64,000 nt of DNA from Phoronis australis (GCA_002633005.1 NMRA01000278.1:227144-291143), one strand, 5' to 3'. Positions 13,109 to 25,981 are shown, counted from the stretch's first letter. A program made the numbers and translations. Notes: generated from the sequence alone by a model not told the origin.

Positions 13109-13290
13109 TAAAATAGTAAAACTAGTAAAACTAAAATGACGAGCGTCGGTACTAAAATATATTAAAATATCCCCACGAATCGAGCGATGCGCTCTTTCTC
13201 AAGGGTGTGCTGTAGCTTTATGCGTGCGGAAATTTAATATATTTTAGTACCGACGCTCGTCGTATTAGTTTTAATAGTTTTACTATTTTA
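13109..13290. mobile_element. Foldback MITE (second copy at 14398-14579)
   Basis: Inverted arms of about 60 bp containing gacgagcgtcggtactaaaatatattaaa / tttaatatattttagtaccgacgctcgtc. Confidence 0.78.
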
Positions 13291-13794
13291 TATTTTTAAT
13301 CGTCGGTAACTGACGGCATTGCATTATCTATTTGATTTTTATAGTGAGTCACTATAAATTGTTATTACAAAGAACAAACGNCTCCCCAGAGTTCAACACT
13401 ATTCTTATGTACATTTAATGCTCGTTCATACGAGTCTTTTAGTGGAATTTCTTGCGGAACTTAAATACCTAGAATATTCCACAAAAAATCCGAAAAAGAG
13501 ACTGGCATGAACGAAAAATACTAAGATCAAAATGTCCAGTCTTGGGTTCACACACATTCAGTGTTGGTGTTGGACCCAGGAAATCATAATAGAGTTGGTA
13601 ACTTCTCACAATAATAACCATAATGGGTAGAATTGTAGTTGAGACTGTTAGTGATTCAGCCAAATGGTACGTATCGTTTTGTCCTTGACCTTTACCGAAA
13701 TGAAAGATTTTACGTAGTAAGTTGTACATTGGGAATAGTTTACCCTTTAACATAGTCGGTTGCTCGTAGTATCGGCGATGCACACAATGCTTAC

Positions 13795-13962
13795 CAAAGC
13801 AATAGGCAGATGCACACGTTTGAGGGGGCGTCAAGTAATAGGCCACCACCTGATCACTGCAGGCCTTCAGTTTCAAGGCAATGGTGTACGCACAACAGTT
13901 GTCACCCACTGTAAGACATGCTTGTCTGTTGACGATACCGTCTCCTGGCAACGGTATATCAC
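13795..13962 (-). CDS. D8C domain exon 3
   Basis: Same as the other copy but KLK for KVK; UMOD/GP2/OIT3-type Cys pattern ending in YC. Confidence 0.85.
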
Positions 13963-15745
13963 CTGAAAAGACAAAGTTTCAGTGACTTCCACCAAAGCTA
14001 GTTCACTAGCTCATATGTCATTTTTGCGACAAGTGGACATTGTTTTGCAAACGACGTCGAAAAGCTCGCCCGAACTGCTTGTGGCGTTTGCCAATGTTGG
14101 AGACTGGGAAGTTTGGCTAGAGTTCCTGAGCGTAATTTTGTTTTAGTTACTGTTCTAGAGGAAGTTCACATCCTTTAAAAGATATACTTACACACCTAAT
14201 CCAACTTCATAAGTCTCTACAACAATGAACGTGTAATAGGATGAGAAGAGCATTCCTCACACACAGTCACATTACAATGAACTTTTAATGCATTTGAGTG
14301 CATGGTGTTTTGACATTTCTGTGGTGTAGTGCTTACATCCAAACTTGAGCGATACACGTACAGATCTCTGAAAATTTTGATCTGGGATTTTTTATAGTAA
14401 AATAGTAAAACTAGTAAAACTAAAATGACGAGCGTCGGTACTAAAATATATTAAAATATCCCCACGAATCGAGCGATGCGCTCTTTCTCAAGGGTGTGCT
14501 GTAGCTTTATGCGTGCGGAAATTTAATATATTTTAGTACCGACGCTCGTCGTATTAGTTTTAATAGTTTTACTATTTTATATTTTTAATCGTCGGTAACT
14601 GACGGCATTGCATTATCTATTTGATTTTTATAGTGAGTCACTATAAATTGTTATTACAAAGAACAAACGAATTTGAAAATCAGGAGGAAGTGGGCGATTC
14701 TCGTGGAGGTTTTCAGAGCAATATGGAGCCCGGTGAAACTCTTTGTGTGAACCATGTGCGGACCACCAGATACGGACTGCACAACCCTTCGGGCTTTCGG
14801 TGCGAGGTTCTGAAACTCCCTAGCGGGGGTATCGGAAGGAGATAGTGTTTCAAAGTTAACACAGGCTGTCGGTTTGTACGAGCAGTAATTGCGCCTGCAG
14901 GTGCTGCCAGCAGGTGCTATAGTGTGTGTTGTGCCCTCATCTGGCCGCAGCCCATTCCTCATGGAATTTCTTAACGTGCTGGTATTTTGATTTGTAATTT
15001 ATTAATTTGTTTCATATTTAAGATTTATTTAAATTCATTTAAATTTCCTAATTCTCAAATGATAATAGCACTGTTCCTAAATCTGACAATATATATTTTA
15101 ATCTTTCTATCTACGGAACTACCCCCTAACATCATTACCACATAACACATTACGTCTATCCCAGAATACACAAAACAAAACAAAAATGACAGAAAAACAC
15201 ACCTGTGATATTTGCAAATAGCCAGGCAGTTAATTTTAAAGACAGCTAAACAACAACACGCGCACACAANATTGGGTAGAAGTGTAGGTAATCTGTGAGC
15301 GATGTCACAGAACAAATCAGGAACAGGTTGCTAAATGTCTTTCACGCCTGTCTAAATTTTTCCCTCTTTCTGTTACAAAATTTCACAAAACTCGAATGTC
15401 TGAGTATTTCACATTGGGAGTCTTTCTTTAAAGTATACATGTATGTGTTAAGGTCATCAAGCCAAAATAAGTTACTTAAAATTTGAGAAATCATTACATA
15501 TTAATGGCAAAGTAATCTATGCTACCCATCTTCATCGCTTCAGTGACTGCATTCGACTCACTCACGGCCGGTGTGTGCTGTCCACAAAGGTACCGGTAAG
15601 CCAACTGACACACGCGAGACGAGAGATGGAATCAAGTGCAGCCAGAGTGTGTAACTGTGTTGCTTGCGAACAATTTTTTCCAGTTTTGTGAATATTTTTC
15701 ACTCGATAGAACGTCAAGTATAACAGCTTCATTTAAAGTAATCAC

Positions 15746-15865
15746 CTCTCATCCAGATGGGATGTTTAGTCTCACAGTGGTATTCCTTAACACAACTTGT
15801 CGGCATAGTCATGGTTGACAGTGTTGATTCATCCGGTGTTGTAGGAGCTAAGAACATGTACCATC
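15746..15865 (-). CDS. D8C domain exon 2
   Basis: cacag|(G)WYMFLAP...MPTSCVKEYHCETKHPIWMR|gtgatt; GWY.F / MPT.CV / C.T..PIW motifs; 120 nt, phase 1-1. Confidence 0.88.
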
Positions 15866-16051
15866 CTGTGTAATGTAAAAAATATTCAATACACAGCTGC
15901 ATGAAACTTCGCCATGTAATAAACTATTATATTCACGAAACGTTAGGAAGGTGAATTTACTTCGATGTCTGATTAGCGAATTGTTTATACACATGCCCAC
16001 CGTCAACAGTGATTGCTAAGACAATAGGTTATTATGCTAGGCATACTCTAC

Positions 16052-16207
16052 CTTCCGTCATAGATATGTCGCACAGGAGTCGCTTCTCAGTATTTCTGCT
16101 TGTAGTCACATTCGCGCTTCTTTCTGGAACGTCAGACACTGGGTGGCTAATGCGTGTCACATGCTGTGGAAGGCAGGGATCCAAAGAACTGTCAATCTCA
16201 GGTGCAG
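16052..16207 (-). CDS. D8C domain exon 1
   Basis: tttacag|(A)APEIDSSLDPCLPQHVTRI...ERSANV...RLLCDISMTE|gtagag; DPC...RS...CD motif; 156 nt, phase 1-1. Confidence 0.85.
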
Positions 16208-16453
16208 CTGTAAAAACAAGGCGAGGTACTCACTCTTTTGTTTGGCACGCAACAAGGTAATAGTTTACCTTCGTGTCTGACGCTCCTCTTTAAGAATGTA
16301 CTCCGAATGTTTGTTGAAAATCTCTTTTTAATTAAGTATCTTAAACTGTTTTGAGATTGTGATATGTTTACATCAGGTATAAAACATGAGCGGCGCACCA
16401 TAGGCCGCTGGAGGACTATAGCCCCCCCTTTTTGTGCCCCAAAATATTTTAAC

Positions 16454-16610
16454 TTACGCTAGTCCTCCAGGTGTCGTTTTGCTGTATTCAGCACCCTCTC
16501 TCTGCCGTCTGACATTTTGTTCTGGTATTGTTCATTCTATTTAGCTCTCAATAAACTTTAGTGTTTCGTCCACAGTTGTTCGTTCTGCAGAAACAATTAC
16601 CTTCTGGCGT
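16454..16610 (+). repeat. 5' LTR
   Basis: Aligns without gaps to 21601-21757 with about 16 mismatches (hand count); contains aataaa. Confidence 0.9.
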
Positions 16611-16771
16611 GGTGCGTTATATAAACGCTCTTTACGCCCGATCCCCGTCAATTACCACAGGGCACGTACGCTATCCCATTTCAAAGGGGGACGAGCCAGT
16701 TCACACTACAACTGGTCCACACACTTACCGTGACAACTGACATTGTTTTGCACTTTATTCGCACCTGCAAC

Positions 16772-19700
16772 ATGTCGCAGAGACCCCCTAAACAATGGTC
16801 GTTAACCAAGAACGAGACAATAACAACTTTTGAGGCTTGGCGTCAGAGCTTACTGTACATACTATCCCTTGACAAGAATTTTGCTTCCTTCCTAGTTGAC
16901 GGCGTGTCGTGGAGGAAGAAAAGTCCTACCTCACCTCACCGGGGTTTGGTCGCCGATGGCGATGGTGTCCCTGAAGATCACAGGAGGACTGCTGCTCAGA
17001 AGTGTCAACACCTGGAGCTCCTGCTTGGCCAAGTGGCAAATTAGTGTCCAGTAATTTCTCGCAATACCATAGTGAAGAACTCCACATCACTGGCCAACAT
17101 ATGGCAAGCCACCCGTTTGCATTACTGCCTACAGTCTACCGGTGCTCACTTTTTAGACTTCAGCAACATCGTCTTCGAAGCTGATGAGCGACCAGAAGAC
17201 CTGTATCAAAGACTCGTCTCATTTGTCGAGGACAGTCTACTACAGGCCCACGGTACCATTCGACATCACGACGAAGTAGTCACCGTAGATGAAGAGCTGA
17301 CCCCACACTAGAGAACATGGTTGTTCTCACTTGGTTAAAACTCCTTCATCCTGATCTCCCTAACCTAGTAAAGCAACGTTACGGCACTGAACTCCGATCT
17401 CGTACCCTAGCCACGCTAAAACCAGAGATCTCTTAAGCTATGGACTCGTTGGACACACTGCAGATGCTAAGATACTACGTAACAGTACTAGCAAATTCGA
17501 CTCCAAACTCTCTAACTTCCACACACCCAAACGGACCTCAACCAGCAGACCACCGTGCCCCCTGTGTGTGGAAGCTCATCGTGCGGAGACAGTATTATCT
17601 CAGCAAATGCCCATTTCGTCCACCACAAGTTCGTCTTTTCATGAGTAAGGCGCGACAACTTACCTGTTCAGAAGACCATAGTGTAGATGACGCCAATGTG
17701 GACGATGACGACGAATGCTCTAAATTTCGCGCGTCATCCCATCGTGTCCGTGTGAACAAGTCTCCTACTTTCAAGTGTTTTACACTCATCATCCTGTTGT
17801 CCTCACCGTTGACACAGGTGCTGAGACAAATATGATTAAGGCATCCTTCGCAATGTCCCCATCAAACCCAGAACTCAGTGCGCTTTCCAAGCTGACGGCA
17901 AGTCACCGTTGTCCGTAGTCGGGGTAACATCACTCTCGGTTTCCCGAAATGACCAAAAATTGCTCCTCGAGGCGCTCGTCGTTGACGATCTGGACGTCGA
18001 TGTTTTGGCTGGGACCCCATTCATGACTTCGAGCGATATCGCTGTTCGACCAGCAAAGCGTCAAATCACGATCCGAGGGACTGACATAATCACCTACGGC
18101 TCTGGGACAAAGTCTGCCACAAGTCCACACCATGTCCGCCTCACGCAGTCACATCTGTTACGATCACCGAGGTGATCCACAATTTTGTGGCCAGGGTATT
18201 TTTTGGAGGTTACCGTTACACCAGATGTTGATCCTGATGGATTCCTTGCCATTGAGCCACGGCTTGATACTGGCATCCAATCAAGTAAGCCATGGCCTCA
18301 GCCTGCTATAGTTGAGACTGTAGGCGGCAAGATTCGAATTGTAAACTCTTCCATGGAACCATACAACATCCCTCCTAACAACCACTTTGGTCAAGTTCAC
18401 GCTACTGCCCCGAACTTCTAGCTAGTCAAGGACTCTGTACCACCAACAAGGTCCACGCTTACTGTCACAGAATCTCCTACAACATAGTATTCGAGCTCTG
18501 TTGTGTTGGACCCTGACTGTTTGCTGTCACCTGAGACCAGACATTTGTTTTGCAGTGTCATGAATGAGTACAACTAAGTGTTTAGCCCTCGCGTTCCTGG
18601 CTACAATGGGTCTGACGGTCGATTCAAGGCTGTGGTTAACATGGGTTCCGTCCAATCATCCCAGCGAAAGGGATGTGTCCCACACTATTCTCGTTGCAAG
18701 CTCGTGGAGTTACAAACCAAGTTTGATGATCTTGAGAAGGAAGATATCTTTCGTCGACCGGAGGACATCGGCATCACCGTCGAGTACCTGAATCCTTCTT
18801 TTCTAGGGAAGAAGCCAAACGGTGGGTTTCGTCTAGTCACTGCCTTCGCGGATGTAGGTCGTTACTGCAAGCCCCAACCGTCCCTTGTGCCCGATGTAGA
18901 TACCACACTTCGCACCATCGCATGCTCTAGGTACCTCATCGGTACGGACCTCACCAGTGCCTTCTACCAGATACCATTGGACCGTTTTTCTATGAAATAC
19001 TGTGGCGTCTGCACTCCCTTTAAAGGGGTGCGTGTCTATACCCGTGCTGCCATGAGTATGCCCGGCTCAGAAACTGCACTCGAGGCACTCTTGTGTCGCG
19101 TCCTTGGAGACCTTCTTCAAGAGGGCAAAGTCGCAAAACTGGCTGATGATTTGTATCGCGGAGCGGATATCCCAGATGATCTCCTTACAATATGGACCCG
19201 TGTACTCCAGGCTCTGGACAGGTGTAACCTCCATCTTTCACCTACCAAGACCGTTGTTTGCCCAAGGTCGACCACTGTCCTGCGGTGGATTTGGTCGCAT
19301 GGCAATATCTCCACGAGCCCTCATCGTATAGCTACACTCTCGTCCTGCCCTAAACCTGATAAACTCCGTGGTTTAGGTTCCTTTATTGGTGCCTACAAAG
19401 CTCTTGGTCGAGTCCTACCTGCGTGTTCCCAAGCTCTTGCACCGTTAGAAGAGTCAATTGCAGGCATGAAATCCCAGGATAAGGAACCATGGAATGACAG
19501 TCTTCGTGATTCCTTCGATCGCGCCCAACAGTCACTCAAGTCACACAAGAGCATCCTGTTACCTTGACCCTCAGACCAATTGTGGATCGTCACGGATGGG
19601 TCTGTCACTAGTCATGGAATAAGGGCAACGCTCTATGTCACATGTGGACAGAAGCTGTGTCTTGCTGGGTTTTACAGCGCCAAACTTCGCAAACAGCAAG

Positions 19701-21525
19701 TCACTTGGCTCCCGTGCGAGATTGAGGCTCTATCTATAGCTGCTGCCGTCAAACACGGACTTGTCTCAACATAGACAGCAAACCGTGTGTCCAGGCAGTA
19801 AAGAAACTATGTAGAGGGGAATTCTCATCTAGTCCTCGTGTAAAATCGTTTCTGTCTATTGTCAGCCGCTGCCAGGTTCACTTGTCACTGCAGTGACCCA
19901 CGTTGACAAGTATGTTCGTTTATCATCGCCACAGAAGATGCTGTCGTGAGACATATCTTCGTTGACGACATACTGCAAGGATCGACTCCTCTCCCATTCA
20001 CGACTCGCTGCACCTGGATTGCTACTCAGTTGGAATGTCCTGATCTTCGACGTGTCCATGCTCATCTGAAACAGGGCACTCGCCCTTCTAAGAAGCTCAC
20101 TTCCTTACCAGACGTGAAGCGTTACCTCAGGGTTAGCACTATCTCCCGTGATGGTCTTCTCGTTGTGCGTCGAAGCCAACCCCTTTTTGGTGCTTCCGAG
20201 ATGATTGTTGTGCCCCGGGCTGTTCTCGAAGGGTTGCTTACTGCCATTCACATCAAGCTTGACCATCCTTCCAAGCATCAACTGAAGCTGGTTGTCAGTC
20301 GCCACTTCCACGAGTTAGATCTCGATAAAGCCATTGACCGGGTTTCTGAATCATGCCATGTATGTGCGTCCCTGAACGCCTCTCCCTGTGCTTTTGTCCC
20401 ACAATCGACTACTGACCCGCCAGAGGTTCCAGGCATTTGCTTTGCTGCAGATGTCTTCAAGCGTTCGCACCAGCTCATTTTTCTTGAGCGTGAAACAGTC
20501 ACATCGTATTCTTCCACTTGTCTTATTTACACTGAGACACATACTGTGCTCCGAGACGCTCTATTCCAACTCCTGTCAGAACCACTCACACTTGATGGAC
20601 CGTCGGCCATTGTCCGGGTCGATCCCGCCCCTGGGTTTCGTGCGCTCCAGAACGACAAGCTGTTAAACTCCGCTGGCATACGTCTAGAAGTTGGTCGCGT
20701 TACGAACACAAACAAAAACCCCGTTGCAGAAAAGGCAATTGCTGAACTTCAGGACGAGTTGATACGCCAGACACCTGGAGGGGGTCCAGTGACTAAGCTA
20801 GGTCTGAGCATCGCTACAGCCCGACTCAATTCCCATCTTCGCTCTCGTGGTTTGTCATCTCGAGAAATGTGGTTCCAGCGAAATCAGTATACCAATCAAC
20901 AAGTCCCTGTGCCTGCAGAGAAATGATCTTACAACAACACCGTGCCCGGACTGCGAATCATTCGCACAGCGAAAGATCGAAGAATCCCCAGGGACGACAC
21001 CGGCTTCGCCCTACCTCTTTGGCTGTAGGTGATCTAGTGTACCTCCAGGCAGATCGCGACAAGACAAAGGCTCGTGATTGATTCTTGGTAGTGTCCATCG
21101 AGGACGACTGGTGTAATATCCGCAAGTTTGGTGGTTCGCAACTACGCTCCACATCATACAAAGTCAAACTGGATGATTGCAACGTTGTGCCCGAGTTTTT
21201 CTCTCCGCGTGCCGAGTTGCCTTCACCAGCTCCGACGCTGGATGACGACGATGTACCATACTCCACTGACACTCGTCCTGTTGATATGCCGTCCGCCGAT
21301 TCTTCGTCTGTCACGTTGCCTCCTGATCTTCAGCTTCCACCTATTTCTCAGGCATTGTCGCTGCGTCCGGACGATGCCACCGTTTCTTCTAATGATGACA
21401 ACCCTTGCGATGTACCCAACGCTTGCTCTGATGCCCAGCCCGCTCTCACAGAGGCCAGCGACTGTTGTCGACCGAAACGTTCTCACCGCCCAGCCTCGTA
21501 CTTACAGGATTACGTCCTTACCTAA
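16772..21525 (+). pseudogene. Gypsy gag-pol polyprotein remnant
   Basis: gag MSQRPPKQWSLTKNET; degenerate CPLC...C knuckle near 17555; protease LTVDTGAETNMI near 17802; [11 protein letters not shown] / MPGSE / KLADDLY; RNase H IVTDGS / CEIE; integrase HIKLDH..CHVC, ADVF, RVDPAPGF, NPVAEKAI. Confidence 0.9.
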
Positions 21526-21600
21526 GGACAGTTAAAGTTTCCTCACGTTTAATAGCAAACTTATTTGTTGTTAGTTTATGTTTTTGTGGAGAAAGAGAAG

Positions 21601-21759
21601 TCACGCCAGTCCGCCAGATGTCGTTTCGCTGTAGTCAGCACCCTCTCTCTGCCGTCTGCCATTTTGTTCTGGTATCGTTCATTCTATTTAAATCTCAATA
21701 AATCTTAGAGTTTCGTCCACAGTTGTTCGTTCCGGATAAACAATTACCTTCTGGCGTTA
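21601..21759 (+). repeat. 3' LTR
   Basis: Directly follows the polypurine tract; bounded by tcacgccag...ctggcgtta. Confidence 0.9.
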
Positions 21760-22318
21760 GTTTAAAACAGAGAACAATTTGTGCATTTAATTATTTATAA
21801 TTCTCTCTTAAGCAAAATCCTTCAAACTTGTACATGTAATTCAGATTAGAGCTTAGTTGAAAAAAAAAACAGAAACTAATCGTCACACGAAAGACAGGCG
21901 AATCAAAAAATCATTTGATTCTTTGTTCCTTCATCCAGCGACCAATAGCGACTCTTAACAAACAAAAGAAAGTACTTTTCAGGGTACGCCTGTGCGCTTG
22001 TGACCTTTTGACTGGTATTCCGTACGATCAAATGTTGGCGGTATCTTTGAGGCATTTGCACGTGCGTACAAGTATAGTCGGGCCACCCGGTCTCCAGTCA
22101 GTTACTTCTTGTCAACACAAACAGGTCGAAAATAAAGGACTTCTTCTAAAAGGCGTAGTAGTTGGAAGCTCTTCAAAGAGTGATGAAGCGGTAGAAATTA
22201 CGGTTCCTCGTCAACAAGTTGTGCATCTGACATAGGTTTAAAGGTTGCTAAACCTGATGTCAATGACATTGATGCAAACACCGGAGAAAGTACATGTACC
22301 GCGTCAGCAAATTTCAAT

Positions 22319-23460
22319 TTGAATTACGATAAACCGCTTCAACCCGAAAATTTTTGCTTTCCGAAAACATTATATGACAAAGAAAGTAAAAAATTCCAAA
22401 GCTCCTGGTTTAAAACATTCCCATGGTTACATTATGAGGAGAAAACTACGGTGCGATGTGCTTTATTTTCCGAGAGCAGTACCAAACGGGAAATCCCAGA
22501 ACTGCACGTAGCCTTGATAAAGCATTCATTGAATTGCCTGGATTCAGTAACAGATGTTGCTGCTGGAACAATATCGCATGCAATAAATGTAGATTGTAAG
22601 AACTTAAAAGTATCACAGACCAAATGTCGAGGACAATGTTACGACGGTGCGAGTACGATGTTAGGAAAGAAAACAGATGTCGCCAAGACTATACAACAAG
22701 AACAGTCAAAAGCATTCCATACTCAGTGTCATTGCCACTCGCTCAGTTTAGGCGTTAAAGATGTAATAAATAAAACAAACTTGTATCCAACACAACGGGA
22801 AGAGTTAAAGAAATTGTGACTTTAATAAAGTATTCTCCGAAACGTGAACAAATATTTGGAGAAATTAAAAACAACATCGACGATGACGAGCACAATTTCT
22901 CACCAGCCAGACTCTTGAAACTCTGTCCAACGAGATGGACAGTTAAAACCGAATGCTGCAAGCGTGTGTTGAACAATTATCTGACTTTGCTTGACACCTG
23001 GACTTCGTGTTTATCGCAGAATTTAGACTCAGAAACCCTGCGCAAATCACAGGTTGTAAAAGTCAAGTGCAAAGTTTTGACCTCTACTTCGGCCTATCCC
23101 TGGGGTATCGATTGTTTTCCCATACTGACAATCTTGCCAAAACTCTCCAAAACAAATCTCTATCTGCCACTTAAGGACTGCGGCTGGCAAAGCTGACTGG
23201 TGAAAAGTTAAAGTATATCAGAAAGGAAGAGTCCTCCACTCATTTTGGAAAGCAACGCTCTCCAAGAGTAAGTCTTTAAACCAAATTGGAGATCCCACGT
23301 TACCTCGTAAACGAAGAGCACTGGCGCGTATTGAAACAGGGTCGGCAGAACCCGAATATTCAGTAAGCCCAATCGATCATTACAGACCGATATTACGAGA
23401 TACTAGATCATTTAGTCGCTGAAATCCCAGAAAGATTTGACCAAGAAGCGTTTGAAATGT
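22319..23460 (+). pseudogene. hAT transposase remnant (TTF-type Zn finger / DUF4371-like)
   Basis: FQSSWFKTFPWLHY, CRGQCYDGASTM.GK, HCHSLSL, KYSPKRE, LCPTRW and LPRKRR motifs; frameshifts and internal deletions. Confidence 0.85.
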
Positions 23461-24052
23461 ACGTGGTCCTCGAGCCCCCCGCCTCCACTTATTTCAGTGC
23501 AGTGCCGCCCATGTATAAGGTATTGGTCTGTTTTCACCAGACTCGAGCAGATTGTTTACAATGGCGCTGCGCATGCGTTTCAGTCGGCCAATTCTCCGGC
23601 CATGTTGAGGAGTTACAGCGTTCCTAGAGCGAGAACAGGTATATGATACAGTTGAGGTGGTTCTTGAGGATCACGTTTTCGGAGTTATGCAAACGGCATG
23701 GTCCCGAAGTGATTACCACACCCAGATAGCAATTTCTCACTTTGCATAGAACTGAATTGCGTAGTATTTCTCTTACGGCTAAAGTGAAGGACTAACTATC
23801 GAAAGTGTTCTGTTCAAAGCTCAATGTGCTTCAACATTTCAAAAAGTCATTTACCCGTACTCGATCTTCTAAGCATGCTGCAGTCTTTGAAAATCGCTGG
23901 AGAAATGATCGCTCGAAAGGGCTAGATGTTGGCTTAAATTGATGATGCAACGTTAAGGTGTTCTCTTGATCTACATTTGCTTTAAGCTTTACAGTACATC
24001 AACAGAGCTGAAATTGGTAATGTTGAATGTTAAAAGTACACATTGAACAAAC

Positions 24053-24169
24053 CATTGCAGGACCGTCCATCGCCTGTGAATCCATCATTGCAGCGACACA
24101 AATATGTACCAGGTGTGTTGGAGCAGGTTGCCATTGTATGACACGGAGAGTCTAGGCACTCATCAATGT
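24053..24169 (-). CDS. Calcium-binding EGF exon (EGF4)
   Basis: (D)IDECLDSPCHTMATCSNTPGTYLCRCNDGFTGDGRSCN; 117 nt, phase 1-1; not in the ORF track. Confidence 0.93.
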
Positions 24170-24888
24170 CTACAATATTTAGATTTACATTCTTAAATGT
24201 ATCAATATGTGGTGGTTAGAACTGAATAATAAGAAGATTGTGGATGTCAAAATAAGCTAGCTTTTAGAGTGAAACACTTCCGTAATTTTTGGGACTAGGA
24301 TTGACGTTTGCACTCGGAAAGAACTTGCAAATTGCCAGTGCTACAGATTGAACACCGTAAGCTGTCCGTTGTCCTTATGATAAAAAACAGATATGAGGGT
24401 TGGGCAAATGGAGAACAATCTTGTTTCTGTATCCGAACACTAGATGGATTCACTACATCACGTACAGATTTCTTAATGAAGCTTAAAGCTGCCTGCCCTC
24501 AATGTTTAGTTGCATGAAATCGAAACCATTATTAAACTTCTTACATCAATAACTCACGAAAATGCTAAAATTGTGAATTCAAAGTGGCACACATGCGTAT
24601 TTCTATGACTTGAGTTGTGTCTGATTTCGTTACAATTGAGAATAACAAGCATGTGGTTAAAATGTTTGGCCTCAGATCGCTTCGGTTTAGAATTGGACAT
24701 TGGCAATTAACAGTGACGCAATTCCTCTTTGAACTATAAGAAGCTAATATCAGAAAAGAAATGAAAATTATGGGGTATCGTAGCTGCACAATATTGAAAT
24801 TAAGAGTTCAAAACAAGAGGAAGAAATGACGCCACCAAGCGAATAAATGTCAGCGCGTAGGTTAGCATATTGATTGTCAACATCTTAC

Positions 24889-25005
24889 CTTCACAACTTT
24901 GGCCTTGGGGATTGAAACCTTTCCTGCATTCACACATATACGATCCAACCGTATTGACACACGAAGCCCCGGTTATGCAAGGCATTTGAAGACACTCGTC
25001 AGTAT
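24889..25005 (-). CDS. Calcium-binding EGF exon (EGF3)
   Basis: (D)TDECLQMPCITGASCVNTVGSYMCECRKGFNPQGQSCE|gtaaga; 117 nt, phase 1-1. Confidence 0.93.
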
Positions 25006-25127
25006 CTGGAAATAACAAGAGTCAAATTAAGAGAAACGTCTTCGAAACTGTAGTCTTGCCATCCTATAGATATGTATATGTATATACATATACTTATACC
25101 ACAATATTAGCCTCGAATGGCAGATAC

Positions 25128-25276
25128 ATATAGATTATTACATGGCGAAGTCGTTATCCCCCGTTATCTAGAGCCCGAGTGGATTTTGGAGAATTATCGC
25201 CCGAGGGGCGTTAGCCCCGAGGATGATAATTCTCCGAAATCCCCTCCGGTTTCTCAACATTACCATGATAATCTTG
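25128..25276. mobile_element. Palindromic element with GC-rich central hairpin (copy at about 28182-28330)
   Basis: gagaattatc-gcccgagggg-cgttag-ccccgagg-atgataattctc core with longer imperfect arms. Confidence 0.6.
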
Positions 25277-25864
25277 TTCAACTTTTGAGAAAAAACAATT
25301 AATATGCCTATCCACAAATGAATTTGTGTAACCATTATTTATTAGAAAATGGTATTTTATGGAACCGTTTTCTAAATGCATTGGGATTAAACTAGTAAAA
25401 ACAGATCAAAGTCGTGTTTTCAATGAAATATGTGTATGTATATGAACTTCGCTAAAACTCGACTAGACATTTTGTTTGCAAGCTTGATACTGATACGCTC
25501 GTAGTTTCGGAGCAATGTCCTTTGATATTTAGTCCGAAATTTAAAAATTCATCGAATTTGGGCGTTGTTCATCACATTTCATTGCTTGTATACTTTGGTG
25601 TCGCTGCAAAAATAATTGTTGTTAATTGTTGTTTGGGACACAATACCGCATTATCAATTCTAACAACACACACGAGCAGTATCATTGTAGTTTGGACACA
25701 ACACTTCGTTTTCAAACATGATGACGACTTCGTGCAAGTATTGAATACATTGATGCACCCAAAAGACTATAACAGTGGTGACATGTTAAAAACATGGAGA
25801 TCTTTTGCATTATAATAAGCGCTCTTGAGCTCAGTCACGTGTTCTAAAGAATGGAATATTTTAC

Positions 25865-25981
25865 CTCGACAAGAAAAACCATTCCCAATGTAACCTCGTT
25901 TGCACTGACATGTAAAAGAACCATTAGTGTTGAAGCACGTAGCCTCGGTGTGGCACGGACCGTGAAGACACTCATTGATAT
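25865..25981 (-). CDS. Calcium-binding EGF exon (EGF2), duplicate copy (probably allelic)
   Basis: (D)INECLHGPCHTEATCFNTNGSFTCQCKRGYIGNGFSCR; 117 nt; differs from 28919-29035 at 3 synonymous sites. Confidence 0.88.

Larger units (their letters stand above)
12093..14669. repeat. 1.29-kb direct duplication split by n13381 (likely uncollapsed haplotypes)
   Basis: 12093-13380 versus 13382-14669; near-identical and meeting exactly at a single n. Confidence 0.9.
16454..21759 (+). mobile_element. Ty3/Gypsy LTR retrotransposon, full length but decayed
   Basis: Paired 157-bp LTRs; PBS tggtgcgtt; PPT ggagaaagagaag (21588-21600); gag-PR-RT-RH-IN order; many stops and frameshifts. Confidence 0.93.
16385..23513 (+). 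mobile_element. Decayed hAT DNA transposon (ZMYM1/Tip100-like), interrupted by a Gypsy element
   Basis: Imperfect TIRs catgagcggcgcac ... gtgccgcccatg; transposase remnant at 22319-23460; ends corroborated by the mini-derivative at 31798-31866. No clean TSD. Confidence 0.65.

Noticed and set aside
12181-13951. Two 160-aa paralogous genes in the ORF track
   Set aside because: Each is one 168-nt exon read through into intron, duplicated across an assembly n.
19117-21486. Antisense and alternative-frame ORFs within the Gypsy element
   Set aside because: Expected shadow ORFs of GC-richer coding DNA; no env-like or other motifs seen.
23855-23970. Candidate extra minus-strand exon (DQENTLTLHH...EDRVR)
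   Set aside because: It ends in phase 0 whereas the next exon needs phase 1, has no domain similarity, and 24053 joins 16207 cleanly without it.
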